From: Candidatus Aminicenantes bacterium UBA4820
GTDB taxonomy: Bacteria > Acidobacteriota > UBA4820
Assembly: GCA_002402325.1 (NCBI GenBank)
Contig: DHFQ01000142.1
Coordinates: 1 to 37,418 of the forward strand
Length of the DNA stretch: 37,418 nt
Direction of reading: 5' to 3'
A model generated the notes under the pieces. The model was not told the DNA's origin, did not search any database, and was given only the letters and a program-made list of their open reading frames with translations. Each line of letters starts with the position of its first letter. Position 1 is the stretch's first letter. Of the stretch, positions 8,386 through 18,317 are shown one piece after another. A program made the position numbers and the translations under genes.

Positions 8386-8838
8386 ATGTCAGAAACTTAT
8401 TTTGCCAAAAAAGGCGAAGTTGAAAGAAAATGGTATCTTGTTGATGCAGAAGGAAAAACATTGGGCAGGCTTGCAACTCAGGTTGCAAAGGTCTTAATGG
8501 GAAAACATAAGCCCATATTTACGCCTCATACTGAATGTGGAGATTTTGTTATCGTGATTAACGCAGACAAGGTTGTTCTTACAGGGAAGAAGTGGGATGA
8601 TAAAATTTATAAGCACCACACTATGTATCCAGGTGGACTTAGAAGTGTTTCTGCTAAAGATCTCATTAAACAAAAACCGACTGCTCTTGTTGAAAAGGCT
8701 GTAAAAGGAATGTTACCAAAAACGAAGATTGGTGATAGGCTAATTACAAAACTTAAAGTCTATGCGGGAAATAAGCATCCTCACGAGGCTCAACAACCTG
8801 CGCCTTTCCCAAATTTTCATAGTAAGAGAGGAGTTTGA
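8386..8838 (+). CDS. rplM: 50S ribosomal protein L13
   Basis: [43 protein letters not shown] and LKVYAG..HPHEAQ motifs. True start is ATG 8386 after AAGGAG; the ORF-track start at 8260 is an over-extension. Confidence 0.98.
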   Translation: MSETYFAKKGEVERKWYLVDAEGKTLGRLATQVAKVLMGKHKPIFTPHTECGDFVIVINADKVVLTGKKWDDKIYKHHTMYPGGLRSVSAKDLIKQKPTALVEKAVKGMLPKTKIGDRLITKLKVYAGNKHPHEAQQPAPFPNFHSKRGV

Positions 8839-8843
8839 CTTAA

Positions 8844-9239
8844 ATGGAGGAAAAGTTGCTAAACAGAGGAACGGGGAGAAGAAAAACTGCGGTTGCAAGA
8901 GTTTATATCAAGAGTGGAACCGGGACTATTACAGTCAATAAGAAGAAATTGGCAGATTACTTCAAAAATCCCGTTCACAGAATGATAATCGAAACACCTC
9001 TTACTGTTACACAGACAAAGGAAAAATTTGACATAAGCGCAAATGTTCAGGGTGGTGGAATGTCGGGACAGGCGGGTGCCTTAAGGCATGGGATTGCGAG
9101 GGCGCTTTTGCATTACAATCAGGAATTCAAAAGCAAACTGCGTTCAGAAAATCTTTTGACGAGAGATGCAAGAGAAGTAGAAAGAAAGAAACCCGGAAGA
9201 CCAAAGGCAAGAAAGCGCTTCCAGTTCAGTAAGCGTTAA
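8844..9239 (+). CDS. rpsI: 30S ribosomal protein S9
   Basis: [32 protein letters not shown]-terminal ERKKPG...[10 protein letters not shown]. Confidence 0.99.
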   Translation: MEEKLLNRGTGRRKTAVARVYIKSGTGTITVNKKKLADYFKNPVHRMIIETPLTVTQTKEKFDISANVQGGGMSGQAGALRHGIARALLHYNQEFKSKLRSENLLTRDAREVERKKPGRPKARKRFQFSKR

Positions 9240-9282
9240 TTATATGGATAATATCTCTATTTTAAACAATAACTCAATTTTC

Positions 9283-9349
9283 CCGTCGGCTCAAAAGCGG
9301 GTAAGGAAACTTCAGGTTTCCTCAGTTTTAATCTGACTGCTTTCGGCGG
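9283..9349 (+). promoter_or_regulatory. Structured rpsB leader (candidate S2 autoregulatory element)
   Basis: Outer pairings CCGTCGG/TCGGCGG and AAAGCGG/CTGCTTT enclose the hairpin AGGAAAC-TTCAG-GTTTCCT (9304-9322). GGGT at 9299-9302. Lies just before the AGGAGG SD. Confidence 0.5.
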
Positions 9350-9369
9350 CTTTTTAAAGGAGGTTTAGT

Positions 9370-10188
9370 TTGGCTACTATCAGTATGAAGGAACTTCTTG
9401 AAGCAGGCGTTCACTTTGGACATGTAACAAGGAAATGGCATCCCAAGATGAAGAGATACATTTTTGGTACAAGAAAAGGGATTCACATCATTGACCTTCA
9501 GCACACATTAAGGGAATACAAGAAGGCAGACCAATTCATTGCGGATACTTCAATGGCGGGAGGAACGGTTCTTTTTGTTGGAACAAAAAGACAGGCACAA
9601 CCAGTAATTCAAGCAGTAGCAGAAAGGGTTAATATGCCTTATGTTACTGAAAGATGGGTTGGCGGAACTCTCACCAACTTCAAAACTATAAGAAGCAGAG
9701 TTGAAAGATTAAAAGAACTCGACAACCTTGAAACAGACCCTAAATTTCAGAATTTGACAAAGAAGGAAAAACAACTCCTTGCAAAAGAGAGAGAAAAATT
9801 AAACGAAATGTTTAATGGCATAAGGGAGATGAAGGAACTTCCCGCTGCCCTATTCGTTGTCGATATAAAGGAAGAGAAGAACTGCATTATGGAAGCAAAA
9901 AAACTTTCAATCCCTGTGGTTGCAATTGTTGATACAAATAGCGACCCTGATATTGTGGATTTTCCAATTCCTGCAAATGACGATGCTGTAAGGTCAATTC
10001 AACTTTTTACTTCAAAGATTGCTGATGCAATTCAAGAAGGAATTGATATGCGGGAATCAAAGAAGGTTGAACAATCAGAAGACGAGGCTTTGACTGAAAG
10101 ACTAACTTCTGAAGCGAAATCTTACGAAGAGAGTTTTGGAGAAACAAAGGTAGAAGAAAATAATTTAGAACCCCCCGTTTCTGAATAG
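9370..10188 (+). CDS. rpsB: 30S ribosomal protein S2
   Basis: ELLEAGVHFGH, FVGTKRQA, RWVGGTLTN and PANDDAVRS motifs. TTG start after AGGAGG. Confidence 0.99.
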   Translation: MATISMKELLEAGVHFGHVTRKWHPKMKRYIFGTRKGIHIIDLQHTLREYKKADQFIADTSMAGGTVLFVGTKRQAQPVIQAVAERVNMPYVTERWVGGTLTNFKTIRSRVERLKELDNLETDPKFQNLTKKEKQLLAKEREKLNEMFNGIREMKELPAALFVVDIKEEKNCIMEAKKLSIPVVAIVDTNSDPDIVDFPIPANDDAVRSIQLFTSKIADAIQEGIDMRESKKVEQSEDEALTERLTSEAKSYEESFGETKVEENNLEPPVSE

Positions 10189-10197
10189 GAGAAGAAA

Positions 10198-11070
10198 ATG
10201 GCTGAAATCACCTCAAAGATGGTTCAGGAACTAAGAGAGAAAACTGGCGTAGGAATGATGGATTGCAAAAGGGCATTAACCGACGCAAATGGGGATATAG
10301 AAGAGGCAATAAAACTTTTGAGGAAAAAGGGAATGGCGGTTGCTGAGAAAAGGGCGACAAAAGCTGCAAACGAAGGGCAGATTGCTACATTCATCTCTCC
10401 CGATTTCAAAAAAGGTGCAATAGTTGAACTTAACTGTGAAACCGATTTTGTTGCAAAAACCGATGATTTTAAGAATCTTTTAAATGAGTTAGGGATGAAG
10501 ATTCTTGAATCATCCGCAAAAGATGTGGACACTTTACTTGATGAAAAATCTTCCATTGATAAAACTATGACTTTGAAAGACCGAATTCTTGCGATAATAG
10601 GAAAAATTGGTGAAAATATACAATTAAGAAGATTTGCAAGACTTGAAGGCGATTACATTTCCTCTTACATACACGCGGGCGGAAAGATAGGAGTTCTTCT
10701 TTCAGCAAAAGTTTTTGCAGTTGATGATAAAATAAAAGAGCTGTGTAAAGACCTCTGTATGCAGGTTGCAGCGTCATCTCCAAGATTTGTTTCAGAAAAT
10801 GATGTTTCTGAAAAAGTTCTTCAAAATGAGAGAGAAATTTACAAGGAACAGGTTCTATCTCAAGGAAAACCAGCCAACATCGTGGATAAAATTGTTGAAG
10901 GAAAGATGGCGAAGTTTTATGAAGAGGTTTGTCTTTTGCATCAACCTTTCATCAAAGATGACAAAATTAAAGTTTCAAATTATATCTCTTCAGTAACGAA
11001 AGAACCTTTTGGAGTCAATGGATTTGTCAGGTTTCAAGTGGGAGAAGAGTTAAAAGAACAAGGTATCTGA
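10198..11070 (+). CDS. tsf: Elongation factor Ts
   Basis: ELREKTGVGMMDCKRAL, ELNCETDFVAK and IGENIQLRRF motifs. Confidence 0.99.
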   Translation: MAEITSKMVQELREKTGVGMMDCKRALTDANGDIEEAIKLLRKKGMAVAEKRATKAANEGQIATFISPDFKKGAIVELNCETDFVAKTDDFKNLLNELGMKILESSAKDVDTLLDEKSSIDKTMTLKDRILAIIGKIGENIQLRRFARLEGDYISSYIHAGGKIGVLLSAKVFAVDDKIKELCKDLCMQVAASSPRFVSENDVSEKVLQNEREIYKEQVLSQGKPANIVDKIVEGKMAKFYEEVCLLHQPFIKDDKIKVSNYISSVTKEPFGVNGFVRFQVGEELKEQGI

Positions 11071-11083
11071 TGGGAGTTAAAAA

Positions 11084-11803
11084 ATCGGAGAATACCGTAG
11101 AATTCTTTTGAAACTTTCGGGAGAGACTCTTTCGGGTGAATCAAACAGTGGATTTGATTCCGAGTGCCTCGATTTTCTTGCCTCTGAAATAATTTCAGCA
11201 AAAAAATGTGTTAAAGAGATGGCAATTGTTTTAGGCGGGGGCAATATTTTTAGAGGGATAAACTCACATAAATTTTCAATTGACAAAAGATCTGGCGATT
11301 ACATTGGAATGCTTGCGACAGTGATAAATTCACTTGCCTTAAAAGAGGTTTTAGTTTCAAAAGGAGAAAAGGCAGAAGTCTTAAACGCCTTTGATTTTTC
11401 CCCCTTTGTTGAAGGTTATTCTCTTGAAAAGGCTACAAATGGTCTTAAAGAGGGAAACATTGTCATTTTTAGTGGCGGGACGGGTCATCCATTTTTTACT
11501 ACCGATACGACAGCGGTTTTAAGGGCTCTTGAAATAAAAGCAGAAATACTTTTTAAGGCTACAAAGGTTGATGGGATTTATTCAAAAGATCCAAAGAAAG
11601 ATCGTAGTGCAAAAAAGTATAAAACTTTGACTTATGATGAGGCAATGTCTAAAAAGTTGAGCATACTGGATCAGAGTGCCTTTGCGATTGCAAGAGATAA
11701 CAACCTTTCAATTTGTGTCTTTGATTTCTTTAAAAAAGGAAATTTGAAAAGGGCTTTAGACAAAGAAAATATTGGAACGATTGTGAAGGGAGGAAGACAA
11801 TGA
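11084..11803 (+). CDS. pyrH: UMP kinase (start uncertain, see findings)
   Basis: YRRILLKLSGE, GGGNIFRG, DYIGMLATVIN, GTGHPFFTTDT and ATKVDGIY motifs. Conserved residues extend upstream of the TTG at 11108 to an in-frame ATC at 11084. Confidence 0.95.
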   Translation: MGEYRRILLKLSGETLSGESNSGFDSECLDFLASEIISAKKCVKEMAIVLGGGNIFRGINSHKFSIDKRSGDYIGMLATVINSLALKEVLVSKGEKAEVLNAFDFSPFVEGYSLEKATNGLKEGNIVIFSGGTGHPFFTTDTTAVLRALEIKAEILFKATKVDGIYSKDPKKDRSAKKYKTLTYDEAMSKKLSILDQSAFAIARDNNLSICVFDFFKKGNLKRALDKENIGTIVKGGRQ

Positions 11804-12354
11804 ACGATGTTGTCAAAGAGTGCGAACAGAAAATGAAACAAGCTGTTGAAGCAACAAGGCATGAGTTGATGACATTAAGAACAGGGAAGGCCGCAATCTC
11901 ATTCCTCGAACCTGTAAGGGTTGATTATTATGGTTCGAAAGTTCCTTTAAATCAGGTTGCAAATCTTTCGGTTCCTGATGCGAGGATGATAGTGGTTTCC
12001 CCCTGGGACCCAAAGCAGATATCAACAATTGAAAAAGCAATAAGAGAGGCAAATTTGGGCTTTAATCCTTCAAACGATGGAAGGGTTGTCAGAGTTCCTA
12101 TCCCTGTTCTTACAGAAGAGAGAAGAAAAGAACTTTGCAAAAAAGCGAGAGAAATAGGTGAAAAGGGAAAGGTTGCAATAAGACACATAAGGCACGAGGG
12201 AAGAGAACTCCTTGAAAAAAAAGAAAAAGATAAGGCAATTTCTGAAGATGATAAAAAAGAGGGTTTTGAAAAGATCCAGAAACTTCACGATAAATACATT
12301 GAAGAAATTGACAAATCGGTTGAGAAAAAAGAAACCGACATTATGGAGGTTTAG
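11800..12354 (+). CDS. frr: Ribosome recycling factor
   Basis: LRTGKA, VDYYGSKVPLNQVA, LGFNPSNDG and LTEERRKEL motifs. Confidence 0.98.
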   Translation: MNDVVKECEQKMKQAVEATRHELMTLRTGKAAISFLEPVRVDYYGSKVPLNQVANLSVPDARMIVVSPWDPKQISTIEKAIREANLGFNPSNDGRVVRVPIPVLTEERRKELCKKAREIGEKGKVAIRHIRHEGRELLEKKEKDKAISEDDKKEGFEKIQKLHDKYIEEIDKSVEKKETDIMEV

Positions 12355-13059
12355 GTGTCTTTTGAAAAAAGAATCGGAGTAGCGATTCTTGGTGGTGGAA
12401 AAGGATTAAGATTTGGTGGCATTACGCCAAAACCTCTTGTTTCTGTTCTGGGTCATCCTTTAATTTATTACAGTTTAAAGCTTTTTTCATCTATGAAAAA
12501 TGTTTGTTCAATAGTTGTAACCTTTCCAAAGGAGCACTTGCCTTTGCTTGAAAAATCTCTTGAACCTTACGGCGATGATTTAAGAAGAAAAATTGTTGAA
12601 GGTGGAGAGACGAGGAGTCATTCCTGTTTGAATGCGCTTGAAGTTTTAAAACTGTCAAACCCTGATGTTGTTATGATTCACGATGCCGTTAGACCCTGCA
12701 TAGGTAGTGAAGAGATAGAGCAGTTGCTTTCAGCACTTGAGGATTGTGATGGAGCATTTCTTGGGGCAGATATTTCTGATACGGTCTGGAAAATTGGCGA
12801 AAATGGTGCTACAGAAACTATAAAAAGAGAGGGCGTTGTGAGGGCTTTTACCCCTCAAGCGTTTCATTTCAATACAATTTACAATTCACTAAAGAGGGGG
12901 ATAGAAGACAATTTTGAAGGAAGCGATGATGCTTCCTATGTTGTCAAATATGGCGGTAAGGTTGTCGTTGTTCCTGCATCTCAGGCAAATATAAAGGTTA
13001 CCTATCCAAAAGATATAGAAGTTGTCGAGGCTATACTTTCGGGAATGCCGTGCGCATAG
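12355..13059 (+). CDS. ispD: 2-C-methyl-D-erythritol 4-phosphate cytidylyltransferase
   Basis: GGGKGLRFG...PK, GGETR..S, IHDAVRP, TPQAF, SDDAS and NIKVTYPKD motifs. GTG start. Adjacent to ispF. Confidence 0.92.
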   Translation: MSFEKRIGVAILGGGKGLRFGGITPKPLVSVLGHPLIYYSLKLFSSMKNVCSIVVTFPKEHLPLLEKSLEPYGDDLRRKIVEGGETRSHSCLNALEVLKLSNPDVVMIHDAVRPCIGSEEIEQLLSALEDCDGAFLGADISDTVWKIGENGATETIKREGVVRAFTPQAFHFNTIYNSLKRGIEDNFEGSDDASYVVKYGGKVVVVPASQANIKVTYPKDIEVVEAILSGMPCA

Positions 13060-13559
13060 GATTTGGGACCGACTTTCACAGACTTAAAAAGGGAAGAAAA
13101 CTTTATCTTGGTGGAGTTGAAATACCTTTTGAAAAGGGCTCTTTAGGGCATTCTGATGGTGATGTTGTTTTGCATTCTTTAACGGATGCAATATTGGGAA
13201 GTATTTCAAAAGGAGATATTGGAGACCATTTTAAAGATTCAGACCCAAAATGGAAGGATAAAAGAAGTGAAATTTTTTTGAAATATTCTTTAAAATTTTT
13301 AAAGGAAGAGAATTATAAAATTGAGAATGTTGATATTACACTCATCCTTGAAAAACCGAAACTCTTTAATTACAAAGAGCAAATAAGAAAAAACCTTTCT
13401 TTACTGTTGGGAATTGACGAGAAATGTGTTTCCTTTAAAGCAAAGACAAAAGAGGGTGTTGGTGCCATTGGAAAGGGCGATGCTCTGGAATGTTATGCTG
13501 TGGTTTTAGTCTCTCAAGTAAAGCAAATCATAATTGAAAAAACTAAAAGAAGAAAATAG
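13050..13559 (+). CDS. ispF: 2-C-methyl-D-erythritol 2,4-cyclodiphosphate synthase
   Basis: RIGFGTDFH, GHSDGDVVLH..TDAILG, GDIGDHF and KAKTKEG motifs. Confidence 0.97.
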   Translation: MRIGFGTDFHRLKKGRKLYLGGVEIPFEKGSLGHSDGDVVLHSLTDAILGSISKGDIGDHFKDSDPKWKDKRSEIFLKYSLKFLKEENYKIENVDITLILEKPKLFNYKEQIRKNLSLLLGIDEKCVSFKAKTKEGVGAIGKGDALECYAVVLVSQVKQIIIEKTKRRK

Positions 13560-13744
13560 TAAATTTTCATAAAAAGTTTTTCACAAAAGATATTGAAAAT
13601 GTAGTTCGAGTTAACGAAAGTAGCCGCAAACCATTTCAAAAATCTTAGATTTTTTATAAAGGCAATAAATAAGGCTTTTAAATGCTTGCATTTACAAAAA
13701 CTTTTTAGCGTCTGATAAATACTTGCCATTTATCTGCGTCAAAT

Positions 13745-13961
13745 AAAGATATAAATCAATGTCGGATTCCGGGATAAAGCGGCACTCACATCAGTTCAAG
13801 TAAGCATACTTAAGGACAAAGATAGTGGTAATCTTTACGGTACACCATCTTCAATCAGGAAAGATGCAAAAACGATATATGATGCAATGGGATTAAAAAT
13901 GTCAAATGTTCCATTCAAGATAAACTCAAAAACCTTCACTCAAAACATCCTAAAAAAATAA
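13745..13961 (+). pseudogene. C-terminal fragment of an IS1634-family-like transposase, frameshifted
   Basis: RYKSMSDSGIK / frameshift / AALTSVQVSILKDKDSGNLYGTPSSIRKDAKTIYDAMGLK...stop at 13959-13961. Resembles IS1634 transposase C-termini from memory. No catalytic part present. Confidence 0.6.
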
Positions 13962-14043
13962 ACAAAAAAGGGGTGTAGTGCCTACCAAAAATTGTATCAT
14001 CATAATAATCAACAACTTACCATTATAAACCGTCAAAGTCGGG
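13745..14043 (+). mobile_element. IS1634-like element remnant with probable right terminal inverted repeat
   Basis: Transposase fragment, then TGTAGTGCC, then ...CCGTCAAAGTCGGG ending at 14043 (reverse CCCGACTTTGACGG), a CC-starting IR-like end. No clear left end. Confidence 0.55.
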
Positions 14044-14115
14044 AAAAATTGGATCATAAACCTGTATGAGCAGAGTATATTATCCGAACTATTAAAGAAT
14101 TCGTTGTATCATCGT

Positions 14116-15291
14116 CTACTCTTTGGGAAGTGTAATGAAAAATAAAAGGGCTAAAATCAAAAGCAAAAAAGAGTAAAGTGCTGTTATGGTCATACCAAAA
14201 AAATCCATTAAAATACCTCCCAGAAGTGGCAAAATCACTTGAGGTATTGTGTTAAAAAACCCGTAAAATGCTATTACTGAGTGCCTTTCCTCTGGTTCAA
14301 CGAGTGAAAACATCTGGTTGTTGAAACTTACAAATTCAGAAGCAACATAACTTCCAAGAGAAAATGAGACAATTAAGTAGACGAGAAAAGATTTAAAGAA
14401 TGCCATTAGCAAGGTGCACAAAGAAAAAAGTGAAAGGGTAAGAATTATTGCGGTTTTATCCCTTTTTCTATCAGACCATCTACCATAGAAAAGGGAAAAA
14501 AGTGCCTGAAAAATAAGGGCTGAACTTCCAAGCAACATTGCACTCTCATTCGAGGAATAATTATTTTCGATAAGATTGACAATGTAAAAGGAACTTATTA
14601 CGAGGTATGCTCCCCTTGAAAGCATTCGAGATAAAAAATATCTTAAAAGCCATCTATACTTTCTCACTAAAGTTTTTAATGGAAAATACCGGTATGATGT
14701 CCCCGATTCAAAACCCTCCTCTTTTGTCGCAAGGAAGAAAAATGACCCGCAAAACATAAAAATAAAGGAAATAAAAAAAATGAGTTCTATGTTCTGGAAA
14801 CTCTGGTAAATCCTGCTTGCAATAAAAACACCCGATGCTCCTGCTACGGTTTGTAAAAAGAAAATTATGCCAAGCGAGTTTCCCCTTTTTTCCTTTGAGG
14901 AAACCTTCGCAAGATAATTTATCCACAAAGGAAAGACAATTCCAACAAAAAGGGAGTAAAGTGCATATCCGATTATGATTACAAATCTATATGGACTGAA
15001 AAGATAGATTGAAATTGCAATGAGTAAAATTGGGAGAGTGGTAAGAAGATGGAGAATGACAAGAAGTTTTCTCATTTTTAGATATTTTCCAAAATATTTT
15101 GGTGATAGAAGCTGAGGAAGACCACTCCCTATTGAGGAGAGGATTGGAAGAAGTGCAATTTCAAGGTGATTGGAACCAAGTCCAAGCAAAATCACGGGGA
15201 GGATGGCGGTTGGAGAGATAAAACTCATTCCCATTCCCCAAAACAATTCTACCGCACCTAAAAAGAGCGTATTTTTCTCAGACAATTTCAT
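14116..15291 (-). CDS. MFS transporter
   Basis: 391 aa with about 12 hydrophobic segments. Motif-A-like GRWSDRKRDK and EKRGNSLG. Confidence 0.85.
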   Translation of the reverse strand: MKLSEKNTLFLGAVELFWGMGMSFISPTAILPVILLGLGSNHLEIALLPILSSIGSGLPQLLSPKYFGKYLKMRKLLVILHLLTTLPILLIAISIYLFSPYRFVIIIGYALYSLFVGIVFPLWINYLAKVSSKEKRGNSLGIIFFLQTVAGASGVFIASRIYQSFQNIELIFFISFIFMFCGSFFFLATKEEGFESGTSYRYFPLKTLVRKYRWLLRYFLSRMLSRGAYLVISSFYIVNLIENNYSSNESAMLLGSSALIFQALFSLFYGRWSDRKRDKTAIILTLSLFSLCTLLMAFFKSFLVYLIVSFSLGSYVASEFVSFNNQMFSLVEPEERHSVIAFYGFFNTIPQVILPLLGGILMDFFGMTITALYSFLLLILALLFFITLPKE

Positions 15292-15301
15292 TTAACGTTG
15301 T

Positions 15302-17455
15302 CTAATTTTCACCTTTTGGAACAATTTCTGAAAAATCTGCAATGGCTAAAAATAGTTTTGTAATTCTTTGAAGGAGGGCAAGCCTATTTTGCTGGATTGC
15401 ACTCTTCTTTGGATCTTTACCTTCAGGATCGCACATAACAAGAACATCATCAAAGAACCTATCAATAAAGGGTCTTAATGTGGCGAGAGTTGTCAAAGCA
15501 TCTATGTAGTTTCTATTTTTGACCGCCTCTTCAAAGGAATCTTTTATCTGGATGTAAGCCCTATGTAAAGCCCTTTCAGAATCACCCTCTTTTGTCCCTT
15601 CGGGCATAAAAAGTGCCGGGTCAAGCCTGCATTGGGGTATCCCTTTTAAGATATTTTTTGTCCTTTTAAATGCTATTGAGATTGCATCAAAATCATCGCT
15701 GTAACTTTTTCTTACAAGATTAAGTGCGGTGAGCCTCTTCCTGATATCAAGAAGGTCTGAAAAAGGAGTCGATAGAAGAGCGTTTATCTCATCGTAATTG
15801 AATTTTTTATTCCCCTCCTCATCCTTTTCGCTTTCAAATATAAACCTCAACCTTTCTTTGAGAAAATCTATGAGTTCAGGGCACTCCTTTCCATACCATT
15901 TTGTTAAAATCTCTTTTAAGTTTACTTGAGGTCTATCCCCATCTTTGTAATATTCAGGATTTGATAAAATGTCGACGACTATTTTCCCTGCTCTCCTCAA
16001 GCCAAAAGGATCTTTTGAACCAGATGGAATCTCCTTTATCTTAAAAAATTCAATCAAAGTATCCAATTTGTCGGCAAGGGCGGCTATCAAACTTAAAGGA
16101 TTTGTTGGAGCATCCTTTTCAATTGGAGGGTTGTAGTGTTCTTTTATTCCTTTTGCCACCCTATAATCTTCACCTTGCGCTTCAGCGTATAGCCCTCCCG
16201 CAATTCCTTGCAGAGAGGTGAATTCTTTTTCCTGAATGAGTAAAGAAGCAAGGTCGCTTTTTGCAAGAAGTGCACACCTTGCTGAAAGGTCTCTATCAAC
16301 ATTGAAATAGGGTGCAAGTTCTCTCGCATATCTCTCCATCCTTCTTGATTTCTCGTAATAGGTACCAATTTTTGGATGAAAGACGATTCCCTTTAACTCT
16401 TCAAGCCTCTGTTCCAGTTTTACCTTTTTATCATGTTCAAAGAAAAACCTCGCATCCGAAAGTCTTGCAACCGTAACATTCTGCAACCCCTTTAATGCTG
16501 TCTCTCTCAAAGACTCAGGCCCATCAAGGATAGCAAGAAAGTAGGGGAGAGGCTTTACATTTCCACTCTCATCTTTTTTGTAAAGAGAAAAGAATTTCTG
16601 GTGTTCCCTCAAACAGGTTGAAAGAACAGGGGCAGGAAGAGAGACAAACTCTTCTGAAATTTCTCCGGGAATAACTGTTGGATATTCAGAGAGAAAAAGG
16701 ACGGTTTGGAAAAGATCGTGAGTCTCTTCACTGCCGTCGTCATAAAAACCGCCAACCTTTTCACAATAAAAATCAAGTTCCTTTTTAATCTTATCTTTTC
16801 TTTTATCTATGTCTGAAATTACAAACTCCTTTTCAAGAGTCGCAAAATAATCATCCACTTTTTTGATGAGAATTTCCTCACTTCCAAAAAACCTCTTTCC
16901 TCTTGATTTGTTAGAAGAATTCACACCCTTTATAGCCATTTCAACGACTTTATCCTCTAAAAGTGCAACGACCCATCTTACAGGTCTCACAAAAAGGTAA
17001 TCCCCATCCCCCCATCTCATTGACTTTGGAAGATACAAAGAATCAACTATCTGAGGAATTTCCTCTTTCAAAATTTCAGATGTTTCTCTTCCTTTAACCT
17101 CTTTTACTCCACCGATGACTTCTCCTTTTGGACCCTTGAAAATCCTTATTTCATCAAGGTTCAAACCCGCCTTTTTTGCAAAACCTACTCCCGCATCTGA
17201 AAAAGTTCCATCCTCTTTTTTTGCAATTTTTAGGGGAGGCCCATAAATCGTCTCTTTCCTATCTTCCTGTTTTAAAGCAATATCTTTTATGAATAGCCCC
17301 AATCTTCTTGGTGTTCCAAAAATTTTTATGGACAAAAAGGAGATTAGTTTTGCTCTTAATTTTTCTTCAACTTTCTCCTTGAGTTCATCAAGAATCAATG
17401 GAATTATATTTGGGGGAATCTCTTCAGTTCCAATTTCAAAAAGGAAATTAGCCAT
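15302..17455 (-). CDS. glyS: Glycine--tRNA ligase beta subunit
   Basis: FLFEIGTEEIP, TPRRL, MRWG...FVRPVRW, ARLSDARFF, ADKLDTL, PSGSKDPFGLRR and NRLALL motifs. Confidence 0.98.
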   Translation of the reverse strand: MANFLFEIGTEEIPPNIIPLILDELKEKVEEKLRAKLISFLSIKIFGTPRRLGLFIKDIALKQEDRKETIYGPPLKIAKKEDGTFSDAGVGFAKKAGLNLDEIRIFKGPKGEVIGGVKEVKGRETSEILKEEIPQIVDSLYLPKSMRWGDGDYLFVRPVRWVVALLEDKVVEMAIKGVNSSNKSRGKRFFGSEEILIKKVDDYFATLEKEFVISDIDKRKDKIKKELDFYCEKVGGFYDDGSEETHDLFQTVLFLSEYPTVIPGEISEEFVSLPAPVLSTCLREHQKFFSLYKKDESGNVKPLPYFLAILDGPESLRETALKGLQNVTVARLSDARFFFEHDKKVKLEQRLEELKGIVFHPKIGTYYEKSRRMERYARELAPYFNVDRDLSARCALLAKSDLASLLIQEKEFTSLQGIAGGLYAEAQGEDYRVAKGIKEHYNPPIEKDAPTNPLSLIAALADKLDTLIEFFKIKEIPSGSKDPFGLRRAGKIVVDILSNPEYYKDGDRPQVNLKEILTKWYGKECPELIDFLKERLRFIFESEKDEEGNKKFNYDEINALLSTPFSDLLDIRKRLTALNLVRKSYSDDFDAISIAFKRTKNILKGIPQCRLDPALFMPEGTKEGDSERALHRAYIQIKDSFEEAVKNRNYIDALTTLATLRPFIDRFFDDVLVMCDPEGKDPKKSAIQQNRLALLQRITKLFLAIADFSEIVPKGEN

Positions 17456-18314
17456 TTTTATTCTCCAGATATCCCTTTGAAGTTAAATATTCCTTTGCAC
17501 AGGATATTGCAAGTCTTCTCACCCTTTTAATCAAATCTTGCCTTGCAGCAACAGATATCGCCCCCCTTGCGTCAAGAATGTTAAAGAGATGACTTGCCTT
17601 AAGGCAAAAATCATAAGCAGGAAGATAGAGGTTTAAAGAAAGAAGCCTTGCGCATTCAGTCTCACACTCGGTAAACCACCTTCCTAAAATATCTGTATTT
17701 GCCTGAGAAAAATTAAAAATTGAAAACTGCCTCTCCGCCTCCTGTCTCATCTCTCTGTATGTGAATTTTTCATTCCAGTAAAGGTCATAAATGTTGCCTA
17801 TATCGTTTAAAAACATACATAACCTTTCTATTCCATAAGTAATTTCAACTGTAATAGGCTTTAATTCAAAGCCACCCGATTGCTGGAAGTATGTAAATTG
17901 AGTTATTTCAGTCCCATCAAGCATAACCTGCCATCCTACTCCCCACGCTCCAAGTGTGGGTGCTTCCCAGTTGTCTTCTTCAAATTTTATGTCATGCTTT
18001 TTCAAATCTATTCCAAAATATTCAAGACTCTTTAGGTATTTTTCCTGAATATCCTCAGGGCTTGGCTTGATGATTACTTGAAATTGAAGGTGCTTCTCTA
18101 CTCTATGTGGATTTTCTCCATATCTTCCATCTCTTGGCCTTCTGCAAGGTTCAACATAACAACTTCCATAAGGCTCTTTACTAAGAACTCTAAAAAATGT
18201 CTCCGGGTTCATAGTTCCCGCACCCTTTTCTAAGTCATAAGGTTCTGCAATTAAACATCCTTTATTAGCCCAGAAACTTTTCATAAGCAAAATAAGTTTT
18301 TGAATCGTAACCAT
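17448..18314 (-). CDS. glyQ: Glycine--tRNA ligase alpha subunit
   Basis: GAGTMNP, RRPRDGRYGENP, EDNWEAPTLGAWGVGW, EITQFTYFQQ and EITYGIERL motifs. Confidence 0.99.
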   Translation of the reverse strand: MVTIQKLILLMKSFWANKGCLIAEPYDLEKGAGTMNPETFFRVLSKEPYGSCYVEPCRRPRDGRYGENPHRVEKHLQFQVIIKPSPEDIQEKYLKSLEYFGIDLKKHDIKFEEDNWEAPTLGAWGVGWQVMLDGTEITQFTYFQQSGGFELKPITVEITYGIERLCMFLNDIGNIYDLYWNEKFTYREMRQEAERQFSIFNFSQANTDILGRWFTECETECARLLSLNLYLPAYDFCLKASHLFNILDARGAISVAARQDLIKRVRRLAISCAKEYLTSKGYLENKNG

Positions 18315-18317
18315 CTT

